A stretch of 64,000 bases of DNA from assembly GCF_018350175.1 (NCBI RefSeq), contig NC_058373.1, positions 106,208,001 through 106,272,000 on the forward strand. Reading direction: 5' to 3'. The position numbers and the translations under genes were made by a program. This document shows, in pieces, positions 49,331 to 61,830 of the stretch. Within the stretch, counting starts at the first letter, position 1; every line of letters begins with the position of its first letter. The DNA comes from Felis catus. Lineage: Eukaryota. The notes beneath the pieces are model-generated. The model saw only the letters and a list, made by a program, of their open reading frames with translations. It searched no databases and was not told where the DNA came from.

Positions 49331-50365
49331 CTGGAAATGAGAGCAGAAAGAATTCTCGTGAAACTGGCTTAAGAGTTTACTGAAAAGATACAGGAATTCC
49401 AAGCAACACAAATCCTACTATGATCACATAAGACCGTTTGAGCTATTGGCAATGCGGACGACGCACATTAGCTGAAAAAAGTAGACAAAGCGATAACTGC
49501 TTCAGTGCCGTCGGCTTCACAAGCTTGCTTCGCTACAACAGCCTGTGTTGGTATGTCTACTAGAACCGTGGACAAACCACACTTGGCCGCTCACCTCCTT
49601 TGGGTGAAGGATGGCAACGGGGAAGGTTCAAGGGCGGGCAGAAGTGACCCAGGCAGAACTAGCAGTTAAAACTACCTCATTTCAACCTTCTAGGTTCTCA
49701 AATTTTTCTCTCCACCACAATATTAAAAAGCTGCACTGGAGAACGGGAAAGATGTGCATGTGGAGTCTTACAAATGAGATTAATAACCAGGACAACAACA
49801 ATATAATACACCTAAGTTTTTGCAAATACTTCCTAGGTGCCAGGAGGTCATCTGAATACTTTATATAGATCTTCTCACTGGCCATTCACGGTGACTTCGC
49901 AGGACGGGTGCTACTATCATTGGCCACTTACTAGGGATGGGAGCAAAGAGAGATTATTAAGTAACGTAGCCTCAGTCACAGAGCTAGTCAGCGACAGAGC
50001 AACCAAAGTGGCCTGTCCTCAGAGCCCGTATGTTTAGCCACACTTCTCTGTCACTGCACATAACCTCCCCTACTGGTCCATACAGAGAAGCCTGGTGAGC
50101 AAGAGGCACTACACCAATCTTGACAATTTCCTTCTTCGGGGAGCTCACGCGATTGAAATGGAAAACTTTGGTTCTGTTCAAGCCCCCAAATCAAACTAAC
50201 GAACTGAGAGAACTCACACAATTTAATTTAGGAGAATAATTTCCTTGGACTCTAGCAAGCAACAAGCACTCTAATTTCCTCCCTACTTTGAGGCACTGCG
50301 CATTAAGATAATATAGACTTACTCATAACACAAATGAAAAGAAAAAAATTTTTTTTTTTTTTTAC

Positions 50366-50437
50366 CGTCTCTGACTTTCTCTTTCCCGGTTGTCATTCAG
50401 GATTTTTATTTGTCTCTGATATACTTCCTTTGTTGCT
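50366..50437 (-). CDS. CCDC175: CCDC175 exon (10th from 3' end), 72 nt
   Basis: cttcctgtttttag|A GCA...AGA CG|gtaaaa; ATKEVYQRQIKILNDNRERESQR; phase 2 to 2. Confidence 0.87.
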
Positions 50438-51155
50438 CTAAAAACAGGAAGACATACACTGGGTTTTGCATTTGTGGAAGCTAGCAGATTACACAAAAGA
50501 CTTTATGTATAATTCTTATGTACAGTAAGACTACCATCTAATTGGGAGATAAACCAAACCTCGTGTAACAACGAAAGGTAGTGGTAGACTCGTAGAAGGA
50601 CAATTACGGTTTTGTGCAAGTGCAAACTGACTTTGCAGAATTGTGGTAGACCTAAGGGAAAGGAAGAATAGATTCTGGGGAGGCAGCTGAGGAAGGGACA
50701 TCGGAGGTTAATGTTTGACAGAGGGAAGAACACAGATTGCCGGAATGAAGGTGCAATTTCACCATGGGAAGGACGTCATCATTCGCAAAGACGTGGAAAA
50801 GGTACAACAAGTCAAGAGTTATGACCAACATAGACTTGCCACAGAGGACACGAAGGGAAGCAACACAGTGACATAGGAGGGGTGAAGGTCAACAAATTGG
50901 TGAGGAACTTTGAATTCCTGATTGAGTCCTGATTTGATGCAATGTATAATTCAGAAAGCCAATAAAGAGTTTTGTATAGGGGTAAGTAGTAATTAAGGAC
51001 GGAAGGGTTTCTTGTGAATCTAGGAAACATGAAGAGTCTAGCATAGGTATTAGAAGCCTTTATTATTTTTATTCCCTCTTTCTCTATGAAGTGCTTCATA
51101 TGCAGAAATGAAAGTGAAATATGACTTTGTATCTTTTGAAAAATAGAAATATTCA

Positions 51156-51370
51156 GGGGTGTCTGGGTGACTCAGTTGGTTAAGTATCCGACTTCGGCTC
51201 AGCTCATGATCTCACGGTTTGTGAGTTCGAACCCTGTGTCAGGCTCTGTGCTGATAGCTCAGAGCCTGGAGCCTGCTTCAGATTCTGTGTCTCCCTCTCT
51301 CTCTCTGCCCCTCCCTGACTCGTGTTCTGTCTCTGTCTCTCAAAAATAAAAACGTTAAAAAAATTAAAAG
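51156..51370 (+). mobile_element. Can-SINE
   Basis: Head, CT tract and A tail. Confidence 0.92.
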
Positions 51371-51476
51371 AAAAATGGAAATAATTCATAGCTAAAACGG
51401 AACACATAATGCTGTTAAACTAGCAACAAAAATGTGTTTGTGGTTTTTTTTCCTCCATCTAAAATCACAGTGTGGG

Positions 51477-51720
51477 TTTTTTTTTTATGAATATGATTTA
51501 TTGTCAAATTGGCTTACTTACATACAACATCCAGTGCTCATCCCAACAAGTGCCCTCCTCAATGCCCATCACCCATTTTCCCCTCCCTCTCCACCTCCCC
51601 ATCCACCCTTAGTTTGTTCTCTGTATTTAAGAGTCTCTTGTGGGTTTGCCTCCCTCCCTCTCTGTTTGTAACTATTTTTTTCCTTTTTTTCTTTTTCTTT
51701 TCCACTTCACCCTTCCCTGG
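51477..51720 (-). mobile_element. Feline L1 3'UTR fragment
   Basis: Same 3'UTR as the copies at 4740, 47095 and 55961 (tttattgtcaaattgg...cccaacaagtgccctcc). Confidence 0.8.
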
Positions 51721-52272
51721 AACTCTGAGATTCTTCGCAATGTGCCCAATCTCATTGATTTTATTTATTTATGTATTTAGTTTCATCCACAAAGTAGTTG
51801 AACTAGAGTGAAATAACAACAACATTAAAAGTACTAAATGAAAACCAGTATTGGGTCACAAATTTGGCTCTGAGCTTCCTGGTGATGGGAACCATGATGG
51901 CACAATACTTGATTATAGAATCTGCGTTATTCATGTGGAAAACAAAACCCCTAACTCAACCCGATTCTATTTTCCCACTCTTTCACAGGGAAGGGTTCAT
52001 AGTTTCCTTTCTGAAACCAACGTGAGAAACAGATGTTTAAATATGTTGTTCAACAGTGTAAGGACAAGCAACCTGCACATCCTGCTGTGTTCTAGATTTC
52101 TGTTGGCAGGAGTCAAATTTCATCTCCACTTGTCTTAGTGCTGTAAGTTAGTTTCTCCACTGCCCTACACTCACGTCATAAAATATATTCAAATTTTAAA
52201 AATAAAAAATATGCAACCCCCTATAATCTCATAATTCAACTTTTAGGACGTTATTATAAAGAAATAGTCGTA

Positions 52273-52486
52273 GGGGCGCCTGGGTGGCGCAGTCGGTTAA
52301 GCGTCCGACTTCAGCCAGGTCACGATCTCGCGGTCCGTGAGTTCGAGCCCCGCGTCGGGCTCTGGGCTGATGGCTCAGAGCCTGGAGCCTGTTTCCGATT
52401 CTGTGTCTCCCTCTCTCTCTGCCCCTCCCCCATTCGTGCTCTGTCTCTCTCTGTCCCAAAAATAAATAAACGTTAAAAAAAAAAAA
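52273..52486 (+). mobile_element. Can-SINE, young SINEC_Fc type
   Basis: TSD aaagaaatagtcgta; near-consensus body. Confidence 0.95.
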
Positions 52487-53024
52487 AAGAAATAGTCGTA
52501 TACATGGATATATGTTAAAGGAGGTTAATTTGAACAATGCTTATAGTAGAGAAAACACAAAAGCCAAAGCATCAGTAGGGTGCTGGTTACATAAAACATA
52601 GCATATTCAGTGAAAGGAACATTAAGCAGCTAAAGAAAGACTGAAGAATGAGGTCCCATCTATATGAATTTTGCCTCCTTCTGAAATAGTTTTAAAATCA
52701 ACAGATAAGTGTAAAAATTAATACAAAGAATTCCCATATACCTTTCACCAATTTCTCCAAGCGTTACCTTTTATCACACATGTTTTATCATTTTCCCAGA
52801 TATATTTTTCCAGCTTTTTATGGAGATATAGTTGAAATATAATATTGTGTAAGTTACCCAGATACAATTTTAAGTGGATAAATTACAGTTTTAGAAAAGT
52901 ACAATCCTATTTTTGGGTGTACGTGCACACTCCTATTATAGAAAGCATGCATAGCAAACTGTTAACAGTGAGATCTCTGTGGGGAGACAGAGATTAGGGT
53001 CACTTTTATGCTTCTAAGCCACAC

Positions 53025-53243
53025 TTTTTAATTTTTTTTTAACGTTTATTTATTTTTGAGACAGAGAGAGACAGAGCTTGAACGGGGGAGGGGCAGAGAG
53101 AGAGGGAGACACAGAATCGGAAGCAGGCTCCAGGCTCTGAGCCATCAGCCCAGAGCCCGACGCGGGGCTCGAACTCACGGACTGCGAGACCGTGACCTGA
53201 GTTGAAGTCGGATGCCTAACCGACTGAGCCACCCAGGCGCCCC
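53025..53243 (-). mobile_element. Can-SINE, young type
   Basis: TSD aagccacac. Confidence 0.94.
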
Positions 53244-53619
53244 AAAGCCACACATTTCTACATTTGAATTTTAAAATCACATCAGGTATTACTTATTTTA
53301 ATCAGAAAAACTAAAACTAAAAATTAAAGTGATTTAGAATGGCAGAAATGAACACCATAGGGGGTCAGTGTTGTGATAATGTTCAGGCACATTCTTGTTC
53401 CTAGACTCCTGATGGGTCCATTTCTCATGTCCAGCGGCTTGTCCAGAACTCAGGACCTGTCTACCCTTTCAATGGTAGATTCAATGAGAATGACCCTTCT
53501 ATACTGTAAAACAGAGACAGTGAATTATAAACTTCCTTTTCTATAGGATATCAGAAACTGATAGATCTATGGTTACCATATATTAAAACAAATGCAGAAA
53601 AGAATGATTAAATGTTTCA

Positions 53620-53805
<186 letters not shown>

Positions 53806-54059
53806 TCAGCATGAGGGGACATTGCAATCACAAATAAGAATGTAGAATGTAGGCTGCCAAGTTTGGTTCATCAACTATTTACTGAACAAATTAGGAAAAT
53901 AGAAACAAAGTCTTTTTGCTAGTGGTGGTGAAATCTAAACTCATGAAAATTCCTAAGCCATGGAGAGAGCATGAACTGCTGTAGTCACCATAAAACCACA
54001 AGAACAGTCCTGTCCCTAGCACTCTGTCCCTCTGAGCAGGGGTGTCTCTTTTAATACAT

Positions 54060-54976
54060 TTATCAATTCTACCATGTTCTTTTGTGAAAGGTGAAGGGGT
54101 CAGTTAGACCAACTTTAAATACTGGCTTTGCCTCTTTCTAGCAGTGTGACCCTGAAGGAAACTTCACCTGTAGATGAGGCTCAGTATCTCCATCCATAAA
54201 ACAGGGATCGTAATACCTAGCTCAACAGCTATAAGGATTAAATGAGCTATAAAGTGCTCAATCCAGTGCGTGGGACTCATGAGGCACTTTGTAAAAAGTG
54301 GTTATATTTTGTCCCCAATTTGTAGAGAGAATAATAGGAAGTATACAGTTTTGTTCAATTTCAGTTTTTTCCAGACATTGATAGGGGCATTCCTGTAACA
54401 GAAAGTGCTTTATATAAGCGTCTCGTCTTCTTCAAAACTTCTATGGACTGAACTGCGTTCAGTCCCTAAAATGTGTGTGTTGAAGCCCTCACACCCAATG
54501 TGATGGTATTGGAAGGTGAGGCTTTGGGGAAGTGATGAGGTCACCTGATTAGATGAGGTCATGGCGAAGAGGCTCCTTGTAAGAAGAGACACCAGGAAGT
54601 TTGTTTTCTCCCTATTTCTACCATGTAAAAACACAGCAAGAAGGCAGCCTTGTGCAAGCCAGGAAAAAGGGCTCTCACCAGAACCCAACCATGCTGGCAC
54701 CCTGATATTGGATCTCCATCCTCTGGAACTGTGAGAAATAAATTTCCGTTGTTTAAGCCACCCAGTCTATGGTGCTTAGTCATGGCAGCCCAAGCTGAAG
54801 ACAAAAACCAGTAACAATAGTAAATGTTTTAGTGTTACAATGATTTGTCATCAGCACATTATCAATTCTACCATGTTATTTTATGAAAGGTGAAGGGGTC
54901 AGTTAGACCAACTTTAAATACTGGCTTTACCTCTTTCTAGCAGTGTGACCTTGAAGGAAACTTTACCTGTAGATGA
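54060..54976 (+). repeat. 118-bp direct repeat (54060-54177 and 54859-54976)
   Basis: Ungapped alignment with 5 mismatches. Confidence 0.92.
54441..54803 (+). mobile_element. MaLR solo LTR (MLT1A-like)
   Basis: tatggactgaa...cccaatgtgatggtatt...aataaatttccgttgtttaagccacccagtctatgg...gaagaca. Confidence 0.8.
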
Positions 54977-55960
54977 CTACTGATTAGCTCAGTACTGATC
55001 TGGGGAAATTTTTTTTTGCTGAAAAAAGCTACTGAAAGCAGACTCTTGGTAGGTTTTTCAGTTGAATGAGATACAATGATTGTGACTACTCTCTGCAGCT
55101 CACATGCTGCAATGACCATAAACTCAGTTTCACCTAAGTGTGCCTGGACACTGTAATTACACTTCTGTGTGATCTAACTTTGTCTGTAGTAATGGATCAT
55201 TACTTACAGAATTCATGCTTGCAAGATGTTATTCTGTATTTGTTAAGAAAATATTGGTGAATGCCCACTATCTGCTAAGCAATGTACAAGGTCCTGGGGA
55301 TGTAGCACTGAGTAAATACCCTGATCTGTTCATAGTTCAGTGGAAACAAGAGATTTATAGACTACTTATGACAATGCAGTGACTGATGAAAAGGAATGGC
55401 ATCAGAGGGATGTTTCAGAAGGATCATTCCGGTGGAAGGAAGGTGAACAACTTAAGGGTGGTAAAGCAGAAAGTGGGGAGAACTTTGGAGGGGCAAGCCA
55501 GTGCAAAGAAGCTGAAAGAGGTGACAAGAATGGAGTTGGAGAGAAGAATGGGATATATTTGAGAGATATCCGGGAGGTGGAATTGACAAGCCTTGGTACT
55601 TGAATGGAGTCCAACGGGTAGTAAAAGATAGGAATTTCCTTGAATAATTTCCCAGTCTCTGGGTTAGGGGATTGTGTCAATGACCAAACCCTTCACAGAG
55701 TTAGGAAAGAGATGGCAGAGCCAGTTTCTGATGAAGGTAGATCTCACAGTTTCTCTAAACAGTCTCATGGAGTAAAAGCAGGATTCTTTTTTCAAGAATC
55801 TGACGTAGAAGTAAATATAATGCCCATGGTGTTTATGGATTTGATCTAGCCCACATGAAGAAAGCATTACTCAGTGCATATACAGGCAGATGAGGAGTGT
55901 GTTTATTTTTAGGTAAATATTTTAAAACTAGGATGAACTTAAGTAGAGAGTCACCATTTT

Positions 55961-56337
55961 TTTTTACTGTAAATTTTTTACAATGTTCTTTTTAATATAT
56001 GAAATTTATTGTCAAATTGGTTTCCATACAACACCCAGTGCTCATCCCAAAAGATGCCCTCTTCAATACCCATCACCTACCTTCCCCTCCCTCCCACCCC
56101 CCATCAGCCCTCAGTTTGTTCTCAGTTTTTAAGAGTCTCTTATGCTTTGGCTCTCTCCCACTCTAACCTCTTTTTTTTTTTTTCCTTCCCTTCCCCCATG
56201 GGTTTCTGTTAACTTTCTCAGGATCCACATAAGAGTGAAAACATATGGTACCTGTCTTTCTCTGTATGGCTTATTTCACTTAGCATCACACTCTCCAGTT
56301 CCATCCACGTTGCTACAAAGGGCCATATTTCATTCTT
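55961..56337 (-). mobile_element. Young 5'-truncated feline L1, sense to CCDC175
   Basis: Perfect 17-bp TSD tagagagtcaccatttt (55944-55960, 56338-56354); intact last 39 codons of ORF2; 3'UTR with AATAAA at 56005-56010 (-). Confidence 0.92.
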
Positions 56338-56422
56338 TAGAGAGTCACCATTTTGATCCCAAGGAAAGCACCCCATAACCATAACATGTTGATTCATGTA
56401 CAGATCATGGATAGAAACATAC

Positions 56423-56559
56423 TCATTATAAGTGTTCTGTTTCTGTATAAAAACTTTCTCCTCCTCACTTAAGACAATCTTATATTGTTTGGTAAGAGTA
56501 TGCAATTTCTCCCGTAGATCTTTGCTCTCTAAATGACTTTTGTGTAGTTTTTCAGCCAT
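56423..56559 (-). CDS. CCDC175: CCDC175 exon (12th from 3' end), 137 nt
   Basis: ttttttcctag|ATG...AAT GA|gtatgt; MAEKLHKSHLESKDLREKLHTLTKQYKIVLSEEEKVFIQKQNTYN; phase 0 to 2. Confidence 0.9.
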
Positions 56560-57205
56560 CTAGGAAAAAAAAAAGCAATTAGAGGACACATTTCCTTTGA
56601 TGGGAGTCAGTCATGTGGCAACTCTAGAGCACTGGGTATGTTACTTAGCATACAATAACTACGCCATAAATGTTGAGTGATTTAATTCTGTATCAAATAT
56701 GCAGTTACACATTTTGGGGCCTCTCCCATAAATTATGACAAAAGTATAGAAAGGTAGTAGATACTGATGCAAAACCACAGAGTAAATCATTCATATTGAA
56801 ATAAGCATTGAGATTAATAAACTGAGATCATTCAACAGGATCCATAAGTCCTTTTCCCAGAAGATAAATTACACTAGGGAAAAGAAAATGTAACACCCAT
56901 AGAAGCTCTTGCTCAAAACCTCTTTGATGAGATACGAGGTCTGCTTCTTGTTAAAGATTTCTATTCAAGGACAAAACTAATGTTTATTAGGGAACTTTGT
57001 ATTCAAGAAGTTTGTGTTTAAAATGTCTCTATTGCTTCAAAAGAGGTAAGAAAGTTATGTTTAGTAGGAGTGATGGGCTGAGTAGTTCACAATAACCTTT
57101 TGGCTTAGTATTACTAGAATAGCTGGATGAAAAAATATCTTAGAAGTGTTGAAGAACTAACAAGATAATGACTAATTCTATAAGAAATCAAGAATCCAGA
57201 GTAGA

Positions 57206-57392
57206 GGGCACCAGGGTGGCTTAGTTGGTTAAGCATCTGAATCTTGATTTTGGCTCGGGTCATGATCCCACAGTCATGGGATCGAGTCCTGCATTATTGG
57301 GCTCTGTGATGGGTGTAAAGCTTTCTTAGGATTCTCTCTCCTTGTTCCTCTTCCCCTCCCCTGCTCTCTCTCTCACTCTCAAAAAAAAAAAA
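57206..57392 (+). mobile_element. Older Can-SINE
   Basis: TSD aatccagagtag. Confidence 0.88.
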
Positions 57393-57799
57393 AATCCAGA
57401 GTAGTAAATCTAGCACTGAAAACTCCTTTTACCCTAAGGACATTGATTGATATGGAAGAAACCACTTGGAAATGGAATTTTAGTTCTCTTACCTGACAAG
57501 AGGGACAAAAATCAACAGAGTTCATCCAGGTATTGAGTTTGATAAATCTTCTACCACTTTAACCTGTGGTCTCAAAAAGCTTCATGCTCTGGAGAAGGGT
57601 AAATTGGAAGCTAATAAGCCATGGCCCAGCCTATTTTGATCACCAGGGAACCTAAGGGTGCATTAAAGTGGTTTGGGACTGGTAATACCCCAGCCATCTG
57701 ACGGAAGTGAATTAAAGTCTGTTCCTGGAAAAGATATGATCATCCTAAGCTTCAAATTGTTTTCACAAACTTTTTCCCCCCCAAATACAATGTCTGGTA

Positions 57800-58854
57800 T
57801 ACAGTTTTCTACTAGGAACAGAAGGAAATAAGACAGTATGAAAAAAAAATTGGCAGAAGCAAAAGACTACAGAAACAAACCTATAAAAACATCAGATAGT
57901 GAGTGGAATTAGATACTGAACTATACAAATATTGTGTTTACTATAATCAAAGAAATGTTAGACATACTTGAAAATTATGGCAAGGAATTGAAATAGACAA
58001 TGCAGATTTGAAAATTACCAATTTAAAAAATTCAATAGCCAAAATTAACAGCTGAAATAAGACCATCCTGCCCAGAATACAGCAGGGGGAGACAAAAGAT
58101 AGAAAACACGAAAGAGAGGGTAAAAAAACATAGAGGATGTGTTTATTAGCACAAATAATTGTATACACACACGTGCATACATATATATACAATTGGAGTC
58201 TCAGACCAAGAGGAAAGGGAAGGAAATATGTGAGCAGATAACGGCTAAGAATTTTGCAGAACTTGCAAAATACAGCAATTTACAGATCTAAGCAGCCCAA
58301 TAAATCCTAAAGCGGGAGAAATAAAAAGAAAATGTGGACATATGATAGTGAAAGTGAATAAGTCAAAGGGAACAAAGAAGACCTAAAGTAAATGAGCTAC
58401 ACCACTTTCATGGATTGGAAGCCTTGATATTGTAAGAATGTGACATTCTCCCCAAACTGATCTATAGATATAATGCAACCCCAGTCCAAATGCAAACAGG
58501 TTTTTTGGCAGGACTTGACAGACTGACAGAAATTCAAAGGGCCGAGAACAGTGAAAGCAATCTTGAAGAGCAAAGTGGAAGGATTTATACTGCTAACTAT
58601 AAAGGCTTATGTTAAAAGCTGCTAATTAAGAAAGTCTGGTTTTAATGTGAGGGGAGACAAGCCCAAAGGAACACAATAGAGAGCCCACAGATCTACACAC
58701 ATATTTACAATGTATTTATGATCTGCCGCTGATTCATGACAAACTTACCATTACAGTATAGTGCAGGAAAAGATGTTTTTTTCATTAAATGGTGCTAGAT
58801 AATCTTATGAAAATATATGAACCTTGACCACCATCTCACAGCATGCGCACACGT

Positions 58855-58898
<44 letters not shown>

Positions 58899-59140
58899 TC
58901 CAGATGGCTTGTAGTCCTAAATGTGAAAGGGCAAACAATAAATCTTCTAGAAGATCATGAAAAAATATCTTCATGACAAAGGACATAAAAACCAAAAAGG
59001 AAAAGATTGATAAACTGTACTTCATTGCAACTAATAAATGATACTCATCAAAAGATATGTATGTACATAAGGATTGTACATTTATAGTGTGTGTACTGTT
59101 CTGTGTGTAATATCTTGTAATAAAAAAAATTAAAATAAAG
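57800..59140 (+). mobile_element. Ancient L1M (ME-like) fragments
   Basis: ORF1- and ORF2-like remnants (tcatggattggaagcc, ccaaactgatctatagat, aatgtgaaagggcaaacaataaa). Confidence 0.6.
58857..58897. repeat. (CA)n microsatellite
   Basis: About 20 CA units. Confidence 0.95.
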
Positions 59141-60174
59141 TTAGAATAGAATTTCATCACTGAACTTGTCTCCTACACCTCATGAGAATTAAGATTGGCT
59201 GCCACCACGAGTCCAGTGGAAATAGTAAATGGGTCAGAGCCCTGATCCCTTTGAAGCAGTCACTGACTTGAACTCATGGAATTTGGCTGACGGCTATGAA
59301 TTAAAGCGAAACCCCTTTGCATTTGCCCTTTGAGCAAGTAAGCCATGCCAGTGTAGGGGTCCTGGATTTTCCAGACAGTTGGGGGCCTGCAAACTACGGA
59401 GCTATCATCTGAAGCCTGCCTGGCAGCTTCAGGAAATAAACGGAAAGGAAAAAGAAATCCTTTGCCCAGAGAATGAAAGACAACTTTAAAAACCAACCAA
59501 CTGACCACCCAGCCAACCTACCAACCTTGTCTAGTTTCTGTCTTTCAGAATCTTCACAACTAAAGAAGCAGAGTAGGTCTAACCTGGAGGGAAGCCGTCC
59601 CTAATGCCATTAGCTCATAACCAAATGGAAAGAATGTAACCGGTTCAAATCATTCTTATGGAAGAGATCCACAGTGTACTGTTTTATATTCTATTTGTCA
59701 CGCAATAATATATTATGAGCTATTACTTAATCAAGGCCCTTTTGTTGGACTTTAATTATATCTTCCCCCTAATTTTTCAATTATTATAAGGAATGCTTTA
59801 GTGAATACCTTGTGGATAAATTTTGGTTTATACCCGTAGTTAAGTACTTATGATATTTCTTTTAACCAAAATTTAAAATGTCTAGAGAATTCTCCTGGAT
59901 GCTAATCTGACTCAAATATTTCACTGCTTACTAAGCACAGTATGGGTTGCTAGACTTTACAGGTACCACACAACAGCAAGAGGGTCCCATTTTTTTCTAA
60001 ATAATTCGGATGAAAAATACCCATTGATCTGGATATTTCTAATGTATTATAACCATAACCACATGAAAAATTACCAAACAAAGATTCACTTTCACATAGA
60101 CAACATTTGCTCTTTCATATATTTAAAATATTTGGGGAGGGAATAAAAATCCTTAAATCAATTACTGCAAATGA

Positions 60175-60260
60175 TCATGATTATTATATTATATTATATA
60201 TATAATACATAATATATAGTATAATATATATTATTATATTATCATTATTATATCATGAAA
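60175..60260. repeat. AT-rich low-complexity tract
   Basis: ttattatattatattatatatataat... Confidence 0.8.
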
Positions 60261-60362
60261 AATCTACTTTTGGAAAATTTCACATTTCTCAAATATATTT
60301 AAAATATTAACTAAAAATAAAAACGAATAATAATCTAAAAGGCGTAATTTCCATCTTCCTAC

Positions 60363-60444
60363 CTGCTTTATCTTCTGCAAAATTTCATCTTTTTCAACAC
60401 TAGATGAATCTTCCAGTTTTTCCTTGTTATTCATAAAAAAATGC
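60363..60444 (-). CDS. CCDC175: CCDC175 exon (13th from 3' end; most 5' exon found in the window), 82 nt
   Basis: cttcctttgatcatag|G CAT...CAG|gtagga; HFFMNNKEKLEDSSSVEKDEILQKIKQ; phase 2 to 0. Confidence 0.87.
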
Positions 60445-60599
60445 CTATGATCAAAGGAAGCCAAACAGATTCATATTAGGGCATGTTTTCCAGTAAAGCC
60501 ACATTTATTTATGACTCCAGAAACTTCCAGTCCCCATCTTCCTATACAACATATTTATGGATATATTCACAAAACTAAGCAAAATTTTTTTTACTTGTT

Positions 60600-61830
60600 T
60601 GATGAATTAATACTTCCTTTATTTATTAAGAAGTAATTATTAAACACTTGTCCTCTGCAGGTATTATAGGTACTAGAGATACAGCACAGGTGAAGTCCCT
60701 GCCCTCATGGAAATTACACTCTAGTGAAGTAGAATATAAGCAAGTTATCAAAATAACAATAATAATAACAATTATTATTATTTCAGATAGTGTTAAGTGC
60801 TTTAAAGAACACAAAGTAGGGTGAAGGACAGAGAAATCCTGAGAGTGAGGGTATTATTGTAGATAGGTGGTAATGGAAGGCTTCTTGAGATGATCTGTGA
60901 AAGACCTGAATGATGAAAAGGAGCCAGATAGGCGAAGATCTGAAGAAAGAGCTTTTCGTGTAGAAGGAACAGTCAGTGATAATATCTTGAGGCAAGAACA
61001 AGTTTTGGGTATTTGGTGGAGAGACAATTATGAGAAAGCTGGAGAGGCAGACAGAGACTAGATCACGTAGGGTCTCAAGGACAAAGGAGAAGTTCAGATA
61101 TCACTGTGAAGGGAACCAGGGGAGAATTTAAGCAGAGGAGAGACATGAACTGATTTACATCTTGTAAAGATGACTGTGGCTACTTAATGGAGAAAGACAA
61201 CAATACAGGAGGACAGACTATGTAGAAGGCTACAGCAGTGGTCAAGAAGAGAAAACGGTGGTTCAGACTAAAGTTGAAGTGGTGAAAGTAGTGAGAAATA
61301 GTTGGATCTGCCTTTGGATTTGGCTGGAGGTTGGGTTAGGGTTAGGTAGTGAGAAAAACAGGATTGATGCATGATTCCTAGGTTTTTGGCTAGAGTAACT
61401 AAGTAAATGGCGATATGGAACACTGACGGAAGAGCTGTTTCAAGGAGGTGGGAAATTAAGAGTTCCATTTAGGACGTGTTATATTTGAGATATCTAACAG
61501 ATATCCTTCAAACGGAGAGGTCAAATATGCTGGAGAGGTCAAATATGCATTTAGAACTCTGTGCTGGATATTTAATTTGGGAGTCATTGGGGTACAGAAG
61601 GTATATAACACCATAAGACTGGATCAAATCATGTATGGAGAGTATGAATAGAGAAGGGCTGAGAACTCCAAAATTTAGAGCCAGAGAGAAGAACTGGAAC
61701 AAATAAAGGGCCCTAAAAAGGGGCAGTTTAGTGAGTGACATAAGAAAATATGATGTTTGGGAGGCCAAGAAAGTATTTCAAGAAGGTGGAAATGTGTCAA
61801 ATTCCATTAAGAATTCAAGAACTTTAAGGA
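60600..61830 (-). mobile_element. L2 3' region
   Basis: Antisense L2 motifs (ccctgccctcatggaa, ctagatcacgtagggtct, gagttccatttaggacgtgtt). Confidence 0.7.
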
